64,000 nt of DNA from positions 7,256,001-7,320,000 of the forward strand of contig CM075995.1 in assembly GCA_038087875.1 (NCBI GenBank), written 5' to 3'. Each line of letters starts with the position of its first letter. The first letter of the stretch is position 1. The notes under the pieces are model-generated. The model had not been told where the DNA came from and did no database searches. It saw only the letters and a program-made list of their open reading frames with translations. The stretch is from Malacoraja senta (lineage: Eukaryota). Position numbers and translations under genes: made by a program. This document shows, one piece after another, positions 39,337 to 52,233 of this stretch.

Positions 39337-39413
39337 ATTACCGGCGACAAGCTGCTTCGCGCTGTGAGAAACCAAGTCACCGAGAGTGCGAGGAGTCCAG
39401 TGAGCTGCGGCTG
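39337..39413 (+). other. Candidate 77-bp exon (probably 5' UTR)
   Basis: Acceptor TTTTTTGGTCTGCCTTGATTTTGCAG, donor CTG|GTAAGG, CpG-retaining unique sequence, no ATG, 1.1 kb downstream of the CpG island. Confidence 0.5.
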
Positions 39414-40280
39414 GTAAGGAAGAGAGGGAGAGGGGCGGTGGGAAAGAGTGGAGGTTGGGGGGATTAAACCCCAGTTGATTGTCACTGTTTCCAGAGCCCA
39501 GCGGGCTACCTTGGCCCCCGAGATACAGCTGCCGTCCTGATTTATTGATCCTTATTTTTCTGATGAATTTGGGTAACGTGGACATTATTGATAAAGTATA
39601 TTCTGGATTTGTCCTTGAAATGGTCTGAGTTGTCACCTTCATTAGTTGCAGCCTGCATAAGAAGTTTGAGATTTTGATTGTGACTAGAAATGGAGGGGGT
39701 CCAGGTAATGAATTAATGTCAAAATAGTTTAGTTTGTGGTCTCGTGCACCAAGGTACAGTGAAAAGCTTTTGTTGCGTGCTAACCAGTCAGCGGAAAGAC
39801 AATGCATGATTATCCATGAGTGGTTGCTCTACTCAACAGCCAAAAATCTGTAGCCTCCCTTTGATCTGGTATTTTGTTGGTTCACATGCTTGATCAATGG
39901 TGTTTTATCATTAATGTTTTATTATTATTAATGTTTAGTGTTTTCTGAGTCATTCGTAACTGTCACTGTATGTCATGTTGTTACTTGCGGGCGGAGCACC
40001 AAGGCAAATTCCTTGTATGTGAATACTTGGCCAATAAACGTACTTACTTACAATCAAGCCATTCACTGTGTACAGATACATGATAAGGGAATAACGTTTA
40101 GTGCAAGGTAAAGCCAGTGAAATCTGATCAAAGATAGTCCGAGGTTCTCCAAAGGAGGTAGATAGTAGTTCAGGACTGCTCTCAAGTTGTTGTAGGATGG
40201 TTCAGTTGCCCGTTAACAGCTGGGTAGAAACCGCCCCTGAATCTGGAGGAGTGCGTTTTGCCCGGTGGGAGGGAGGAGAA

Positions 40281-40845
40281 TGAATGAATAAGTTTATTGG
40301 CCAAGTATGTTCACATACAAGGAATTTGCCTTGGTGCTCTGCTCGCAACTAACCACACGACATACAGTAACAATTAAGAATGTCACATAAAACATTAAAC
40401 ATTAATAATAAAACATTACAGTTTAAACATGTGAATGAAATAAAATACCAGAGCAAAAGGAGGCTACAGACTTTTGGTTATTGAGTTGAGCTACTACTCA
40501 TGGAACAAAGCTGTTTTTATGTCTGGCTGTGGCAGCTTTGACAGTCCGGAGTCGCCTTCCAGAGGGAAGTGATTCAAAGAGTTTGTGGCCAGGGTGAGAG
40601 GGGTCAGAGATGATCTTACCCGCTCGCTTCCTGGCCCTTGCAGTGTACAGTTCGTCAATGGAGGGAAGGTTGCACCCTGATCGGACGATTCGCTGCAGCC
40701 TCCGGATGTCGTGCTTGGTGGCTGAGCCAAACCAGACCATGATGGAGAAGGCGAGGACAGACTCTACGATGGCCGTGTAGAATTGGACCATCATTGCCTG
40801 TGGCAGATTGTGTTTCCTCAGCTGCTGCAGGAAGTACATCCTCTG
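40281..40845 (-). mobile_element. Rex1/Babar-like LINE 3' fragment
   Basis: FYTAIVESVL.FSI.VWFGS...LQRIVRS...HPGHKLFESLPSGRRLR; its 3' UTR is mirrored by a plus-strand copy at ~39815-40030. Confidence 0.85.
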
Positions 40846-41274
40846 TTGGGCCTTTTTGACTGTGGAGACTGTTGAAGAGGGAGTGGCAAGCGTCGACTCG
40901 TCCTTGATAATACTGCTGGCCTTGCCGCAGGCAGCTGGTGGTATAAATGGGGGTCAGTGAAAAGGAGGTTTGGTTTGTGTGATGGTCTGGGATGCGTCCA
41001 CAATTCTCTGGTGTGTAATTAGTGTGGTACATGGTGTAGATGTTGGTAACTAGCAGTGGTACATAAAGGTGGCTATCTTCAAGTGCTCGTGCTCCTGTAC
41101 AGATAGGCAAGTTTGCAAGAAGCCTTTGGTGTGTTGCTGGCATGTAAATTGTCGATAGTCTGTTTTATTCTTTAGGAAGTGACGACCCAAGGTGATGATT
41201 GAATATGGTGTCTTTGACCAAGGGGGTTGCCCTGCCCTCCTTGAGACAAGTCACCTGATCACCAATGTGCAGGA

Positions 41275-41856
41275 AACAGAAACATAGAAAATAGGTGCAG
41301 GAGTAGGCCATTCGGCCCTTCGACCCTGCTTCAATATGATCATGGCTGATCATCCAACTCAGTATCCTGTACCTGCCTTCTCTCTATACCCCCTGATCCC
41401 TTTAGCCACAAGGGCCACATCTAACTCCCTCTTAAATATAGCCAATGAACTGGCCTCAACTACTTTCTGTGGCAGAGAATTTCACAGATTCACCACGCTC
41501 TTTGTGTGAAATTTTTTTCTCTCATCTCGTTCCTAAAAGACTTCCTCCTTATCCTTAAACTGTGACCCCTTGTTCTGGACATCCCCAACATCGGGAACAA
41601 TCTTCCTGCATCTAGCCTGTCCAACCCCTTAAGAATTTTGTAAGTTTCTATAAGATCCCCCCTCAATCTTCTAAATTCTAGCGAGTACAAGCCGAGTCTA
41701 TCCAGTCTTTCTTCATATGAAAGTCCTGCCATCCCAGGAATCAGTCTGGTGAACCTTCTCTGTACCTCCCACTATGGCAAGAATGTCTTTCCTCAGATTA
41801 GGAGACCAAAACTGTACGCAATACTCCAGGTGTGGTCTCACCAAGGCCCTGTACAA
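41275..41856 (-). mobile_element. CR1-clade LINE 3' fragment (TTCTATG-tail subfamily)
   Basis: [12 protein letters not shown]...[34 protein letters not shown]. Confidence 0.85.
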
Positions 41857-43039
41857 GGAAGGATCTGCAGATGCTGGTTCATACCAAAGACAGACATAAA
41901 TTGCTCGAGTAACTCAGCGGGTCTGACAGCATCTCTGGATTAAAGGAATAGGTGAAGTTTTTGCATCGGAACGCTTCTTTAGTTTACGAAGGAACTGTCT
42001 GAAGAAGACTCTTGGCCCGAAACATCACCTCTCCAGAGATGCTGCCTGTCCCGCTGAGTTACTCCAGCATTTTGTGTCTAGCTTTTTTAGTTTAGTTTAG
42101 GGATACAGCATGGAAACAGGCCCTTTGGCCCACTGAGTCCACCACGACCAGCGATCCCCGTACATTAGAACAATCCTGCACACACGCATATTAGGAACAA
42201 TTTACAATTTTTACCAAAGCCAATTAACCTACAAACCTGGACGTCTTTGGAGTGTGGGAGGAAACTGGAGCACCCAGGGAAATCCCACGTGGGGTGGGTT
42301 GAACATACAAACTCTGTACCGACAGATACAGCGCGGAAACAGGCCCTTCGGCCCACCGAGTCCACTCCGACCGCACACTAAATCTATCCTTGCACACACT
42401 AGGGACAATTTACATTTACACCAAGCCAATTAACCTACAAACCTGCACGTCTTTGGAGTGTGGGAGGAAACTGGAGACCCTGGCGAAAAACCAAGCAGGT
42501 GACGGGGAGAAGGTACAAACTCTGTACAGGCAAGCACCCGTAGTCAGGATCGAGCCCGGGTCGCTGGCGCTGTGTGGCAGCAACTCTACCGCTGCACCAC
42601 CGTGCCACCCTGACTGAAAGCTAGGGACAGCCAGAACAAAATGGGGCCGGCAGCAGATGACCTCGGGAAGGGTGGAGTCCATGGTGGCCCATTGTTGGCT
42701 GGGGTAGATGTGCTAACGACAGGGACGCAAGAATGTGAACAGCGGATCTGTGAATATTCTGCACTCTGGCATTTTTCTCTTCGTTCTGCTGGATGATCAG
42801 CCATGATCACATTGAATGGCGGTGCTGGCTCGAAGGGCCAAATGGCCTACTCCTGCACCTATTGTCTATTGTCTATTGCTTGATTGTATGCACAAGATAT
42901 AGGAATAGAATTAGGCCATTCGGCCCATCGAGTCCACTTCGCCATTCACTCTTGGCTGATCTCTGCCTCCTAATCCCATTTTCCTACCTTCTCCCTCATA
43001 ACCCTTGACACCTGTTCTAATCAAGTATTCACGTATGGT

Positions 43040-43256
43040 ATTGTGTAAGAAAGAACTGCAGATGCTGGTTAAAATTGAAGGTAGACACAAAATGCTGGAG
43101 TAACTCAGCGGGTGAGGCTGCATCTCTGGAGAGAAGGAATGGGTGACGTTTCGGGTCGAGACCCTTGGGTCTCGACCCGAAACGTCACCCATTCCTTCTC
43201 TATGGAGATGCTGCCTCACCCGCTGAGTTACTCCAGCATTTTGTCTCTACCTTCGT
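43040..43256. repeat. Near-perfect palindrome of PLE pseudo-LTR fragments
   Basis: ~90-bp arms centred on GAGACCC-TT-GGGTCTC at ~43165. Confidence 0.85.
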
Positions 43257-46200
43257 GTATGGTATTATCTGATTTATTTGGGTAGCACGCACACAAAAGC
43301 TTAACACTGTACCTCGGTAAAAGTGACAATCATAAACCTAAATCTATCAAGCTGTTCAGGTTCTGTCAAGTCCATTTTGCTCTATCCTCATTCAGCCCGG
43401 ATCCAAGCAGGGATAAAAAGGGCTGAATTCGAGAGCCACGTGAAGAGGGACTGCCCTTGGCAGTATGCTTGGCATCATGAAGGACGTTCTTTTAGGAAGG
43501 AGATGAGGAGAAATGTCTTTGGCCAGAGGGTGGTGAATCTGTGGAATTCTTTGCCACGGAAGGCTGTGGAGGCCAAGTCAGTGGTGGGCCGAATGGCCTA
43601 ATTCTACTCCTATCACTTATGACCTTCTGAAGGCTTGATAAAATTAATGTTATGAAAATAAAGGGAAAATAATTCTTCATAATCTCAACCGAACATTAAA
43701 CAAGATTGGGTGTATATGTTGAAGGCCAATCTACTTAGTCACAGGGCATCTTTGCACGAGTTCTTTAGGGCCTTGTCTGAAACATTGCTCCGTTACATTT
43801 ACACCTCCTAAGCAGCTTCATTCAATCTTGCAAAAGACCCGTGTAATATTTGGGCAATGACTAAGAAATAGCAAGAAGTGTCATAGTCATTGAGTCATAC
43901 AGTGTGGAAACAGGCCCTTCGGCCCAACTTGCCCACACCAGCCAAGATCTCCCAGCTACATTAGTCCCACATACCCCTCAAATCCCTATTAAATATTTTT
44001 CCCTTCACCTTAAACCTCTGTCCTCTGGTCCTTGATTCACCTACTTTGGGCAAGAAACTCTGTGCATCTACCCGATCTATTCCTCTCATGATTTTGTACA
44101 CCTCGATAAGATCACCCCTCATCCTCCTGCACTCCAGTCCTGGCGTACTGAACCTCTCCCTATAGCTCAGACTCTCTAAGTCCTGGCAACATCCTCAAAA
44201 ATCTTCCCTTTCCAGCTTGACAGCATCTTTCCTATAACATGGTGCCCAGAACTGAACACGATACTCTAAATGCGGCCTCACCAACGTCTTATACAACTGC
44301 AACATGACCTCCCAACTTCTATACTCAATGCTCTGACTGACGAAGACAATATGCCAAACGCCTTTTTGACCACCCTATCTACCTGCGACTCGACCTTCAA
44401 GAAACCGTGCACATGTACTCCTAGATCCCTCTGCTCTACAACACTACCCAGAGGTCTACCATTCACTGTGTACATCCTGCCCTTGTTAGACTTCCCAAAA
44501 TGCAACACCAATGCATTCCTAAAATGCAAATTGCAAAATGCAACAAATCTATGTCTCTAAGATCCGTGCAATAAACATTTCCAATAAGAGAGAACTTATC
44601 CGCTTTCCTTTGATATTTAACAACGTCATAATGCTTTATCAGCAACATCCTAGCAAGAATTGACCAGAAACTTAAGTGGTCAAGGAGTAACCCAGGCAAC
44701 TATTTGCGTGCAGGCCACAGACGCGGATCTACAAACTCATATTACAATCGCTCCACACTCTTGAATCTCTACCCTCTGACTATTCTTGATCGGACTTTGC
44801 TGGCTTTACTTTGCACTAATACATTATTCCCTTATTCCCTTGCCATAGAGGGAGTACAGAGAAGGTTCACCAGACTGATTCCTGGGATGGCAGGACTTTC
44901 ATATGAAGATAGACTGGATAGACTCGGCTTGTACTCGCTAGAATTTAGAAGATTGAGGGGGGGGGGGGGGGGATCTTATAGAAACGTACAAAATTCTTAA
45001 GGGGTTGGACAGGTTAGATGCAGGAAGATTGTTCCCGATGTTGGGGAAGTCCAGAATACAAGGGGTCACAGTTTAAGGATAAGGGGGAAGTCTTTTAGGA
45101 TCGAGATGAGATTTTTTTTTTTCACACAGAGAGTGGTGAATCTGTGGAATTCTCTGCCACATAAAGTAGTTGAGGCCAGTTCATTGGCTATATTTAAGAG
45201 GGAGTTAGATGTGGCCCTTGTGGCTAAAGGGATCATGGGGGTATGGAGAGAAGGCAGGTACAGGATACTGAGTTGGATGATCAGCCATGATCATATTGAA
45301 TGGTGGTGCAGGCTCGAAGGGCTGAATGGCCTACTCCTGCACCTATTTTCTATGTTGCTATGTTTCTATGTATCTGTACACTGTAAATGGCTCGATTGTA
45401 ATCATGTATTGTCTTCCTGCTGACTGGTTAGCACACAACGAAAAGCTTTTCACTGTACCTCGGTACACGTGACAATAAACTAAAGTGAACCTTGGTGAGT
45501 TCCACAAAACCTTGGCACTTTGCATAAAGTACAAGCATAAAACATGATAAAATCACCTCCATTGCATCACCCATTCCTTCTCTCCAGAGATGCAGCCTCA
45601 CCCGCTGAGTTACTCCAGCATTTTGTGTCTACCTTCAATATTAACCAGCATCTGCAGTTCTTTCTTACACAATACCATACGTGAATACTTGATTAGAACA
45701 GGTCAAGGGTTATGAGGGAGAAGGCAGGAAAATGGGATTAGGAGGCAGAGATCAGCCAAGAGTGAATGGCGAAGTGGACTCGATGGGCCGAATGGCCTAA
45801 TTCTATTCCTCCATTGCCTGCATTAGTCACCTATATCTTTCCTCTGGAGATGCTGCCTGACCGACTGATTTACTCCAGCATTTTGTGTTTATAAAAAGAA
45901 AAGAATGGGTAGATTTTAGTTTTTTTTTGTTAAAAGTCCCTTAAGCTTTGAAAATATTTAGGGGATTTTATTCGTACACTTTTGAATAGTATTTTTCCAC
46001 AAAGTTCAGCTGGACTACTCTTGTCTGGAAACTGGGTCAAGTTGCAGATGATCCAAAACTTACTACAGTGTTTTTTTTAGTTCTTTCATATAATGGTGGA
46101 ATGTCAAGATGAGATTTTGATGGATCGTAAAATTGGTATTTTCGTTAGTTAGTTAGTTAGTTAGTTTATTGTCACGTGTACCGTGGGGCAGTGAAAAGCT

Positions 46201-47073
46201 TTTTTTGTTTAGTGCAAGATGCAGTTCAGAAATGTCCGATTTAAAGATAGTCCGAGGGTCTCCAATGAGGTAGACGGTGGCTCAGAACCGTTCTCAGGTT
46301 GGTGAAAGGATGCTTCAGTTGCCTGATAACAGCTGGGAAGAAACTGTCCCTGAATCTGGAGCCGTCCACAGTGTACTGATACAGGATAAGCAAAATAACC
46401 TTTAGTGAAAGGTAAAGCCAGCAAATTCCGATCAAAGATAGTCTGAGGGTCACCAATGAGGTAGATAGTAGTTCAGGACCGCTCTCTGGTTTGAGGTAGG
46501 ATGGTTCAGTTGCCTGATAACAGCTGGGAAGAAACTGTCTCTAGAGGTGTGCGTTTTCACACTTCTGTACCTCTTGCCCGACGGGAGAGGGGAGAAGAGG
46601 GAGTGTCCGGGGTGCGACTGGTCCTCGATTATGCTGCTGGCCTTGCCAAGGCAGCGTGAGGTGTAGACGGAGTCAATGGAAGGGAGGTTGGTTTGTGTGA
46701 TGGCCTGGGCAATGTCCAGAATTCAGTGCGATTTCTTGCAGCCTAGGATGGAGCTGTTCCCATACCGTGCTGTGGTGCATCCTGATAAAATGCTGTGTAC
46801 AACGCGTCTGTAGAAGTTGGCGAGAGTTGTTAGAGAGATGCCCATCCACCGATGGAAGTGTCGGTGCACTTTCTTAGCCATTGCTTCCATGTGGGTGGTC
46901 CAGGACAAGTTGCTGGTGATATTTACTCCTGGGAACTTGTAGCTTTCAACCATCTCTACGTTTTGTCTTTGTGATTTGGCTAAACTCTGCCAGTATTGAG
47001 GATATGGATGATCGTGGAGCCTTCTACTTTTAATTGTCCGCCGACACTCCTGGCTGAACACGGCAGAGAGTAA

Positions 47074-47763
47074 AGGGCCTTTCCCACTTGAGTGACGCCT
47101 GTCTGGTCGTGAGTAGTCGCCCAAAGAGCCGTACCTTTTTCTGGTCGCTGCTGGATTTTCAACTTTTATTTTTTTTTATTTTTTTATTTTTATTAGAAGC
47201 AGCGTACAAAAGTATAAACCGCGGCATATGACACAATACAGTTATTGTACAGCTTCAATTTTAATTTTTAGCTAAAGGTGAGAAAGAAGGAGAGAGAGAA
47301 AGTGGAATGTGCAAGAATAGAACCCCTAGACTGCCAAATTGGTGTCGCCAAAGAGTGAGTAAGTAAAAGAAATAAGAAAAATGTAGAGAAAGAAAAAGAC
47401 AAAAACAGAAAGAAAAACAAAAAGTGATGATATACCTGCTTTGTATCTCTCCCCACCCATCACCCAACCCATAATTAGATTTAACTCCAAAGTTGTGTTG
47501 CACCATACTATCCTTGTAATGAATCAATGAATGGTGTCCATGGCTTCGAAAATTGCTCTGGTTTTTCTGCTAAGACAAGTCTCATATTTTCAAGATGTAG
47601 CGTCTCAGACATGTTTGTAATCCACATTTTAAGAGTAGGGGCAAATGTAGTTTTCCAGAATTTAAGTATTAGTTTTTGATTTTGAACATTTTGAACATTT
47701 TCGGCGACCTGCTGACGGGTGCTGGCAGTCACCGAAGATAATCACGTAACTGGGACAGGCCCT
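47074..47763. mobile_element. Harbinger-like MITE (same family as 15308-16685) with nested L1/Tx1-like insertion
   Basis: TIRs AGGGCCTTTCCCAC / CTGGGACAGGCCCT; internal sequence matches the 15.3-kb element in opposite orientation. Confidence 0.7.
47164..47677 (-). mobile_element. L1/Tx1-clade retrotransposon 3' end
   Basis: ORF end QKLILKFWK...PTLKMWIT.M...LHLE.MR......EQF.KPW.PF*, T-rich UTR, (AAAAT)n tail, TSD GATTTTCAAC/GATTTTGAAC. Confidence 0.75.
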
Positions 47764-49099
47764 GTAGGGCTTTGATCTGATCATTGATAGTGGCTTTGCT
47801 TTGCTCCACCTGTCACTATCTGCTGCTGTTACTCATGCACATAATCTTGTATCATTGAAGAGCAAGCTGGCTTTTTACAGTAGTGTGCAGTTTTTTTTCT
47901 GAGTATATTATATCTTCGAGTTCAGTTGACTGAGATTAGGTAGAGATACAGATGATATCAAATTTCCTGCAGTCTTTTCACCAGATTGTTTCCTAAAGCT
48001 AGATAGGGCTCTTAAAGATAGTGAGTCTGTGGAATTCTCTGCCTCAGAGGGCGGCGGAGGCCGGTTCTCTGGATACCTTCAAGAGAGAGCTAGATAGGGC
48101 TCTTAAAGATAGCGGAGTCAGGGGATATGGGGAGAAGGCAGGAACGGAGTACTGATTGTGGATGATCAGCCATGATCACATTGAATGGCGGTGCTGGCTC
48201 GAAGGGCCGAATGGCCTACTCCTGCACCTATTGTCTATTATGCCAGGTACGAGGAGAGATTAAGTAGACATGCCTTGGCTCCCTTGCTATTTAAAATAAA
48301 TAGATCAGATTTTATTCATATGGGACCAGAGGGCACAGCCTCAGAATAAGGGTGTACCCTAATAAAGGAGATGAGGAGAAATTTCTTTAGACAGAGGGTG
48401 GTGAATCTGTGGAATTCATTGCCACAGAAGGATGAGGAGGGGGGGGACCTCATTGAAACTTACCGAATATTGAAAGGTCTGGATAGTGTGGATGTGGAGA
48501 GGATGTTTCCACTAGTGGGAGAGTCTAGGAGCAGAGGCCACAGCCTCAGAATAAAAAGACGCAGAGGCCAAGTCATTGCGTATTTTTAAGGCGGAGATTG
48601 ACGGGTTCTTGATCGGTCTGGGTGACAGACGATATGGGGAGTAGGCAGGAGAATGGGGTTGAGAGCGACAGATAGATCAGCCATGATTGAACAGCGGAGT
48701 AGACTTGATGGGCCGAATGGCTTAAATCTCCTCCTAGAATTTATGAACTCCCCCCTAACAGCAATGTGGGTTGGATCCACCACCATGGGTGGCTGAGAAT
48801 GGGCAGTTAGGGTGGGGCAATGTTCAATTGGACAGGTACATGTAACGGGAACGTTTAGAAGGCTGGTGGGACTAGCGTAGATAAGGCATGTTGGTCGGCG
48901 TGGGCAAGTAGGGCCGAAGGGCCTGTTTCCACGCTGTATGACTCGTGGATACTAAATGCTGGCCCAGCTTGCAAAGTCCACACCTCTTGAATGGTCCAGA
49001 ATAAATTGGACATTATGGGCTCCACCTTCCTTGTTCATCTGTTGCCGGCCATGTATTCTCCTGGCATTTTCCTACCTCCAGTTCCTTCCCCTCCACTTT

Positions 49100-49136
49100 C
49101 AGTCTGAAGAAGGGTCCTGACCCGAAACGTCACCCA
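49100..49136 (+). ncRNA. Minimal hammerhead ribozyme-like motif in PLE pseudo-LTR
   Basis: CAGU-CUGAAGA-A-GGGUCCUGACCC-GAAAC-GUC-ACC. Confidence 0.55.
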
Positions 49137-50625
49137 TCCTTTTTTTCCGGACTTGCTGCCTGACCCGCTGAGTTACTCCAGCACTTTGTGTCTATCTTAC
49201 GTATAAAGCCAGCGTCTGCAATTCCTTCCTCCACCGAAAAAAAATGGAACCATTTCTTCACTCGGAGTAGTAAATCTTTGAAATTCTCTGCCCAAGAGGT
49301 ACGGCTCTTGTTGAAGGCTGGTGGATGTTTAGATCCGATGATATTCGGGATTATCGCAGTGGAAGTGTCACCGAGATAGCGAGATCCTGTCGTGATCTTA
49401 TTGAATGCCGAAGGTGTCATGAGGGGGTGGTTGACCTTACTATATCTTATCTTCTGAAATGTCACATCGTCTGAGGTAATCATTTTCAATCTTTGGTCAC
49501 TTTTTTGTGGTGCCGATTAGATCAAACCAACTTATCTCTTGATTGTGTGGGAAGGAACTTCAGATGCTGGTTCACACCGAAGTTAGACACGAAAAGCTGG
49601 AGTAACATAGAAACATAGAAAATAGGTGCAGGAGTAGGCCATTTGGCCTCTTCGAGCCTGCACCGCCATTCAATATGATCATGGCTGATCATCCAACTCA
49701 GTATCCTGTACCTGCCTTCTCTCCATACCCCCTGATCCCTTTAGCCACAAGGGCCACATCTAACTCCCTCTTAAATATAGCCAATGAACTGGCCTCAACT
49801 ACCCTCTGTGGCAGAGAATTCCACAGATTCACCACTCTCTGTGTGAAAAATGTTTTTCTCATCTCGGTCCTAAAAGACTTCCCCCTTATCCTTAAACTGT
49901 GACCCCTTGTTCTGGAGTAACACCAGCGGGTCAGGCAACGTCTCTGGTGAAAAGGAGTAGGTGATATTTCGGTCTGAAAGTTGGGGGGGAGAGGGGAAAC
50001 AAGAGGTATGAAAAAGTTCAGAACGAATCGGAGCTGGCACCGATGACCAAGGGAAGGTGGAGCCCACAATGGTCCCTTGTTGGCTGCGGAAGAGGTGACA
50101 ACGAAGGGAGACACGGATGCAAACAGCGGAACTAGCAGGATGACTAGGGTAGGGGAGGGATGGATAAGGGAGGAATCCAAGGGTTATCTAAAAGTAGAGA
50201 AATCTCACGTTTTGTGCATTCTGATAAAGAACCCTTCATTTTGAAGTTGATTTTCTAGTTTTTCTGCTGTTTTTCTGTTATAGATATATTCTGCTATTTC
50301 TCACACTGCTCCCCTAACACATTCTGCTTATTATCATTATTATTATTACTACTCGGCAATGCGAACACGTTTAATCACCTGTTGATTATTCAACGTTATT
50401 TATTCAATTTTATGCATCTCCCGTCCCAACCAGACCCAAGTGAAATCCCTTTGCCCCACAATGTCTATGCCAAGCAAGATGCCAAGATGAACGGATCTCA
50501 TCTGCCTGCCCTTGAGGCATCTCCCTCCATTCCCGAGCATATCCACGTGCCTATCCAAAAGCCTCTTAAAATGACACTATCCTACTGAACATTGTGAGCA
50601 GCATGGTGGTGCAGCAGTAGAGTTA

Positions 50626-51246
50626 AGGGCCTGTCCCACGGGCATGCGACTCCATGCGGCAAGCGCGACCTAACCGCAAGCGGGGGCCGCGCGGAGGTCG
50701 AGTGATCCCTGTACAGGGCCGGTCCCACCAGCATGCGGCTGCATGCGGCAAGCGCTACCAAATCGGAAGCGGGGGCCGCGCGGAGGTCGAGTGACGTCAA
50801 GACAGTGCGTACGGCGGCGAGGCAGTGCGCACGGCCGTTGAGGCGGCTGCGTCCGGCGTCGAGGCGGTGCGCACGGCCTCAAGGCGGTTGCGACCGGCGT
50901 CGAGGCGGTGCGCACGGCCTCGATGCGGCTGCGTCCGGCGTCAAGGCGGTGCGCACGGCCTCGAGGCGGTTGCGTCCGGCGTTGAGGCGGTGCGCACGGC
51001 CGTCGATGCGGCGCGCACGTCCTCAATGCGGCTGCGGGGCGGCAGGCCGTTGCCGCACGGAATTTTTGAACAGTGTCAGTTTTTAGGAGCCCCGCGCGGT
51101 GTCGGGACCAGCTCCGCACAACTCCATACGGCTCCGGCGATCGAAGTGGGACCGGCCCCGCGACCTCCGCGCGGCCCACGCACGGCCCCCGCTTGCGGTT
51201 AGGTCGCACTTGCCGCATGGAGTCGCATGCCCGTGGGACAGGCCCT
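50626..51246. mobile_element. GC-rich Harbinger-like MITE with internal 21-bp minisatellite
   Basis: ~65-bp TIRs AGGGCCTGTCCCACGGGCATGCGACTCCATGCGGCAAG...; CGTCGAGGCGGTGCGCACGGC-type units at ~50795-51030; CpGs intact, so likely young. Confidence 0.8.
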
Positions 51247-51704
51247 TAACTCTACCGCTGCGCCACCGTGCTGCTCACAATGTTCAGTAGGATAGTCCCA
51301 TTACGACCTTGCAGCGCCAGAGACACGTGTTCGATCCTGACTACGGGTGCTGTCTGTACGAAGTTTGTACCTTCTCCCCGTGACCTGTGTGGATTTTTTG
51401 GGGGGATCTCCAGTTTCCTCTCCGGTTTCATACAAAGGTGTACAGGTTTGTAGGTTAATTGGCTTGGTATAATTGTAAATTGTCCCTAGTGTGTTTCGGA
51501 TAGCGTTAGTGTGCGGGGATCGCTGGTTGTCGCAGATTCAGTGGCCGAAGGGCCTGATTCCGCATTATATCTCTAAGCTAAACTACACTAAACCTGAGGG
51601 GTAACTTTTTTTACACGGGTAAATGGAGGAGGTAGTTGACGCAGGTACTATAGCAACATTTGGATAGGTACTTGAATAGGACAGGTTTAGAGGCCAAACA
51701 CAGG

Positions 51705-52233
51705 TAGACAATAGGTGCAGGAGTAAGCCATCCCCAATCAGTACCCCGTTCCTGCCTTCTCCCCATATCCCCTGACTCCGCTATCTTTAAGAGCCCTATC
51801 TAGCTCTCTTGAAAGCATCCAGAGAACCGGCCTCCACCGCCCTCTGAGGCAGAGAATTCCACAGACTCACAACACTCTGTGAGAAAAAGTGTTTCCTCGT
51901 CTCCGTTCTAAATGGCTTACCCCTTATTCATAAACTGTGGCCCCTGGTTCTGGACTCCCCCAACATCGGGAACATGTTTACTGTCTCTAGCGTGTCCAAA
52001 CCCATAACAATCTTATATGTTTCAATAAGATTCCCTCTCATCCTTCTAAACTCCAGCATGTACAAGCCCAGCAGCTCCATTCTCTCAGCATATGACTGTC
52101 CCGCCATCCCGGGAATTAACCTTGTAAACCTACGCTGCACTCCCTCAATAGCAAGAATGTCCTTCCTCAAATTAGGGGACCAAAACTGCACACAATACTC
52201 CAGGTGTGGTCTCACTAGGGCTCTGTACAACTG
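51705..52233 (-). mobile_element. CR1-clade LINE 3' fragment with 5' fold-back
   Basis: [20 protein letters not shown]...; 52233-52284 is an inverted copy of its 5' end. Confidence 0.85.

Noticed and set aside
46081..46135. Possible small coding exon (FFHIMVECQDEILMDRKI)
   Set aside because: Weak donor (GTATTT), no recognisable homology, no partner exons
50670..51218. Arg/Ala/Pro-rich ORFs
   Set aside because: Internal minisatellite of a GC-rich MITE
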